From contig CM075988.1 of assembly GCA_038087875.1 (NCBI GenBank), positions 4,712,001 through 4,776,000 of the forward strand: a stretch of 64,000 nucleotides of DNA, given 5' to 3'. Shown piece by piece: positions 61,697 to 64,000 of this stretch (the first letter of the stretch is position 1; every line of letters begins with the position of its first letter). The position numbers were made by a program, and so were the translations under genes. Source of the stretch: Malacoraja senta (Eukaryota). A model generated the notes under the pieces. That model had not been told where the DNA came from, made no database searches, and worked only from the letters and a program-made list of their open reading frames with translations.

Positions 61697-62012
61697 GGGC
61701 GGCACGATGGTGCATCGGTAGAGTTGCTGCCTTACAGAGCCAGAGACCCTGGTTCGATCCTGATTATGGGTGCTGTCTGTATGGGGTTTGTACGTTCTCC
61801 CCGTGACCTACGTGGGTTTTTTTTTCCGGCTGCTCCAGTTTCCTCTCATACTCCAAAGACATACAGGTTTGTAGTTAAATTGGCTTGGTATAATTGTAAA
61901 CTATCCCAAATGTGTATGATAGTGCTAGTGTACAGGGATTGCTGCTTTGCAAGGACTAGATTGCCGAATGGCCTGTTTCTGTGCTGTATCGCTAACTGAA
62001 ACTAAACTAAAA
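61697..62012 (+). mobile_element. V-SINE (HE1-like)
   Basis: GGGCGGCAC head, GGTTCGATCC B box, (ACTAA)n tail. Confidence 0.88.
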
Positions 62013-62044
62013 CATTTAATTATGCAAATATGTTATTTATATGA

Positions 62045-62879
62045 TTAGATTAGATTAGATTAGATTCCTTTATTTGTCATTCAGACCTTTCGGTCTGAAC
62101 GAAATTTCGTTGCCTGCAGTCATACACATAATAAATAACAAAACACACAATAAACACAAATTAACATCCACCACAGTGAGTTCACCAGGCACCTCCTCAC
62201 TGTGATGGAGGCAAAAGTCTTAAAGTCTCTGTCTCTTCCCTCTTTGTTCTCCCTCTGCGCTGAGGCGATCCAGGCTTCTGATGTTGTGACCCCGCCGGGT
62301 GATGGTAAGTCAGTCCCGCGGCTGAATCCGTGCTCCGCGACGGGCCGGTTCAAACTCCGCGGCCCGGGGTGGTCGAAGCTGCCGAAGCTGCCGCCCTCCA
62401 GTCTAGCGGACGCAGCTGTAGTTGCGGGAGCTCCAGAAAAACAGGTCACCCACCTGTGACCTGCGAGCTCCCGACGATGTCGTCCACTGGGCCTGCCGCG
62501 GCCGAGCCCCGGATTCAGGTCACCACCAATGTCTTTGGTCGCCACTGCCGGAACGCCACCGAAGTCGGCCGGCCTCGCGTTGGTAAGTCCTGGCTCTGCC
62601 TCCGGAGCCTCGAGGTCGGTCGCAGTTGGAGGCCGCCAGCTCCGCCATTAGGCCTCAGTGCAGACGGAGGCAGAGAAGGGGGATACGACAAGAAAAATTC
62701 GCATTCCCCCGAAGGAAGAGACAAAAATCATGTTTCCACCCACCCCCCCCCCCCCACACATACACAACCCAATAAACTAAAATGTAACTAAAACAGGACA
62801 AAAGAAAACAACAACAAAAAGTAAAAACAGACGGACTGCAGGCGAGCCGCAGCTGTGCAACAGCACCGCCACTTCCGGA
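62045..62879 (-). mobile_element. Full-length ~830-bp non-coding retroposon with 3' hairpin and (TCTAA)n tail
   Basis: 5' CCGGAAGTGGCG, GC-rich body, TTCAGACC-GAAA-GGTCTGAA stem-loop, AATAAA, pentamer tail; second copy at 37480-37927. Confidence 0.8.
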
Positions 62880-63224
62880 CATTAGTTAGGTAAAGAGTTA
62901 AATCATGTAATTAAATTTTAAACCCTGGAACTGTAAATGTAAAGATGGAATCACTAATCTTGCCAGATGAGTTTGTCCACATTCTTGTTGTCACACCATT
63001 GGCACCCTTTGTTGTGTTGCCTCAAAGAAATGGGTATGCCAATTTAGAGTACGAAAATATGAGTGATAATATGCATGATTACTTGTAGAAAATTGCAAAG
63101 ATTAAAGAAGTTTGGGACCATGATACAGAAGGGAATGGAAAATGGTGGAGTTGATTTAGTTGAGGGTATGTCTAATTCAGATAGTTGGTGAGCTGAGTGT
63201 GGAATATCGAGATGGGTAATATGT

Positions 63225-63525
63225 GTTTAGTTTAGTTTATTTTAGAGACACAGCGTGGAAATAGGCCCTTCAGCCAACTGGGTCCATGCTGACCAGTGAT
63301 CCCCACGCACTAACATGCACAGAAGGTCCAATTTACAATTTTAACAAAGCCAATCAACCTATAAGCCTGTATGCCTTTGGACTGTGAGAGGAAACTGGAG
63401 CACCTGGAACAAACCCATGCAGGTCACAGAGAGAACGTACAAACGCAGTACAGACACCTCTGTACAGACCGAACCGGGGTCTCTGGTGCTACAAGGCAGA
63501 AACTCTACTGCTGTACCACCGTGCA
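63225..63525 (-). mobile_element. V-SINE (HE1-like)
   Basis: Reverse SINE motifs and (TTTAG)n. Confidence 0.82.
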
Positions 63526-63607
63526 TAAATTTGTGCATAACCTTGGTGGTAGTATCTGCTGCATGAACATTTCCAACAACAAGATGCAGCTCTATAAGAA
63601 GAAGGGT

Positions 63608-63635
63608 CTGAAGAAGGGTTTCGACCCGAAACGTT
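63608..63635 (+). ncRNA. Minimal hammerhead ribozyme core in a solo Penelope pLTR
   Basis: GGT-CTGAAGA-A-GGGT(TTCG)ACCC-GAAA-CGTT-GCC: UUCG-capped stem II and a 3-bp stem I (GGU/GCC). Confidence 0.68.
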
Positions 63636-64000
63636 GCCTATTTCCTTCGCTCCATAGATGCTACCTCACCCGCTGAGTTTCTCCAACATTTTTGTCTACC
63701 GCAGCTCTAGAAGACTTTGGTTAGCCCGCAATTGGAGTATTGAATGCAGCTCTGGTCATCTAGATGTCAAGTCAAGTCAAAAGTGTTTTATTGTCATATG
63801 TTCCAAAACTAAAACAAATTGTTACTTGCAGAATCACAACAGATATTTAAACATGTCTGTTTACAGGTTGTGGGGGCTTTGGAGAGGGTGCAGAGGATTG
63901 GACTGGGTGGTTTTAGCTACAAGGAGCAGTTGGACAACCTTGGATTGTTTTCTCTGGAATGTTGGATATTGAGGGGAGACCTGACAGAAGAATATAAAAT

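Overview
Eukaryotic, repeat-saturated intronic/intergenic vertebrate DNA. It is most likely from a cartilaginous fish (skate/ray/shark), inferred from abundant HE1/V-SINE-type tRNA SINEs sharing 3' tails with CR1 (HER1-type) LINEs. I cannot call any host gene with confidence, and nearly all ORFs in the track are transposon fragments or noise. Contents: three L1 insertions, Penelope elements plus many short palindromic Penelope-terminus derivatives, one full-structure but RT-deleted Gypsy LTR element, CR1, Rex1/Babar-type and RTE pieces, Harbinger and Tc1/pogo MITEs, and Helentron-like elements. Most notable: (1) a young 5'-truncated L1 flanked by an apparently perfect 678-bp direct repeat that begins at an L1-endonuclease-like TT|AGAA site (candidate giant TSD); (2) a dispersed set of minimal hammerhead ribozyme cores in Penelope-derived fold-back elements; (3) an HDV-like ribozyme fold at the 5' end of a 515-bp bipartite RTE; (4) an apparently exact 3,588-bp tandem duplication; (5) a decayed PNMA/gag-like frame. 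All family assignments are by eye from motifs, no database search was run, and boundaries of degraded repeats are approximate.
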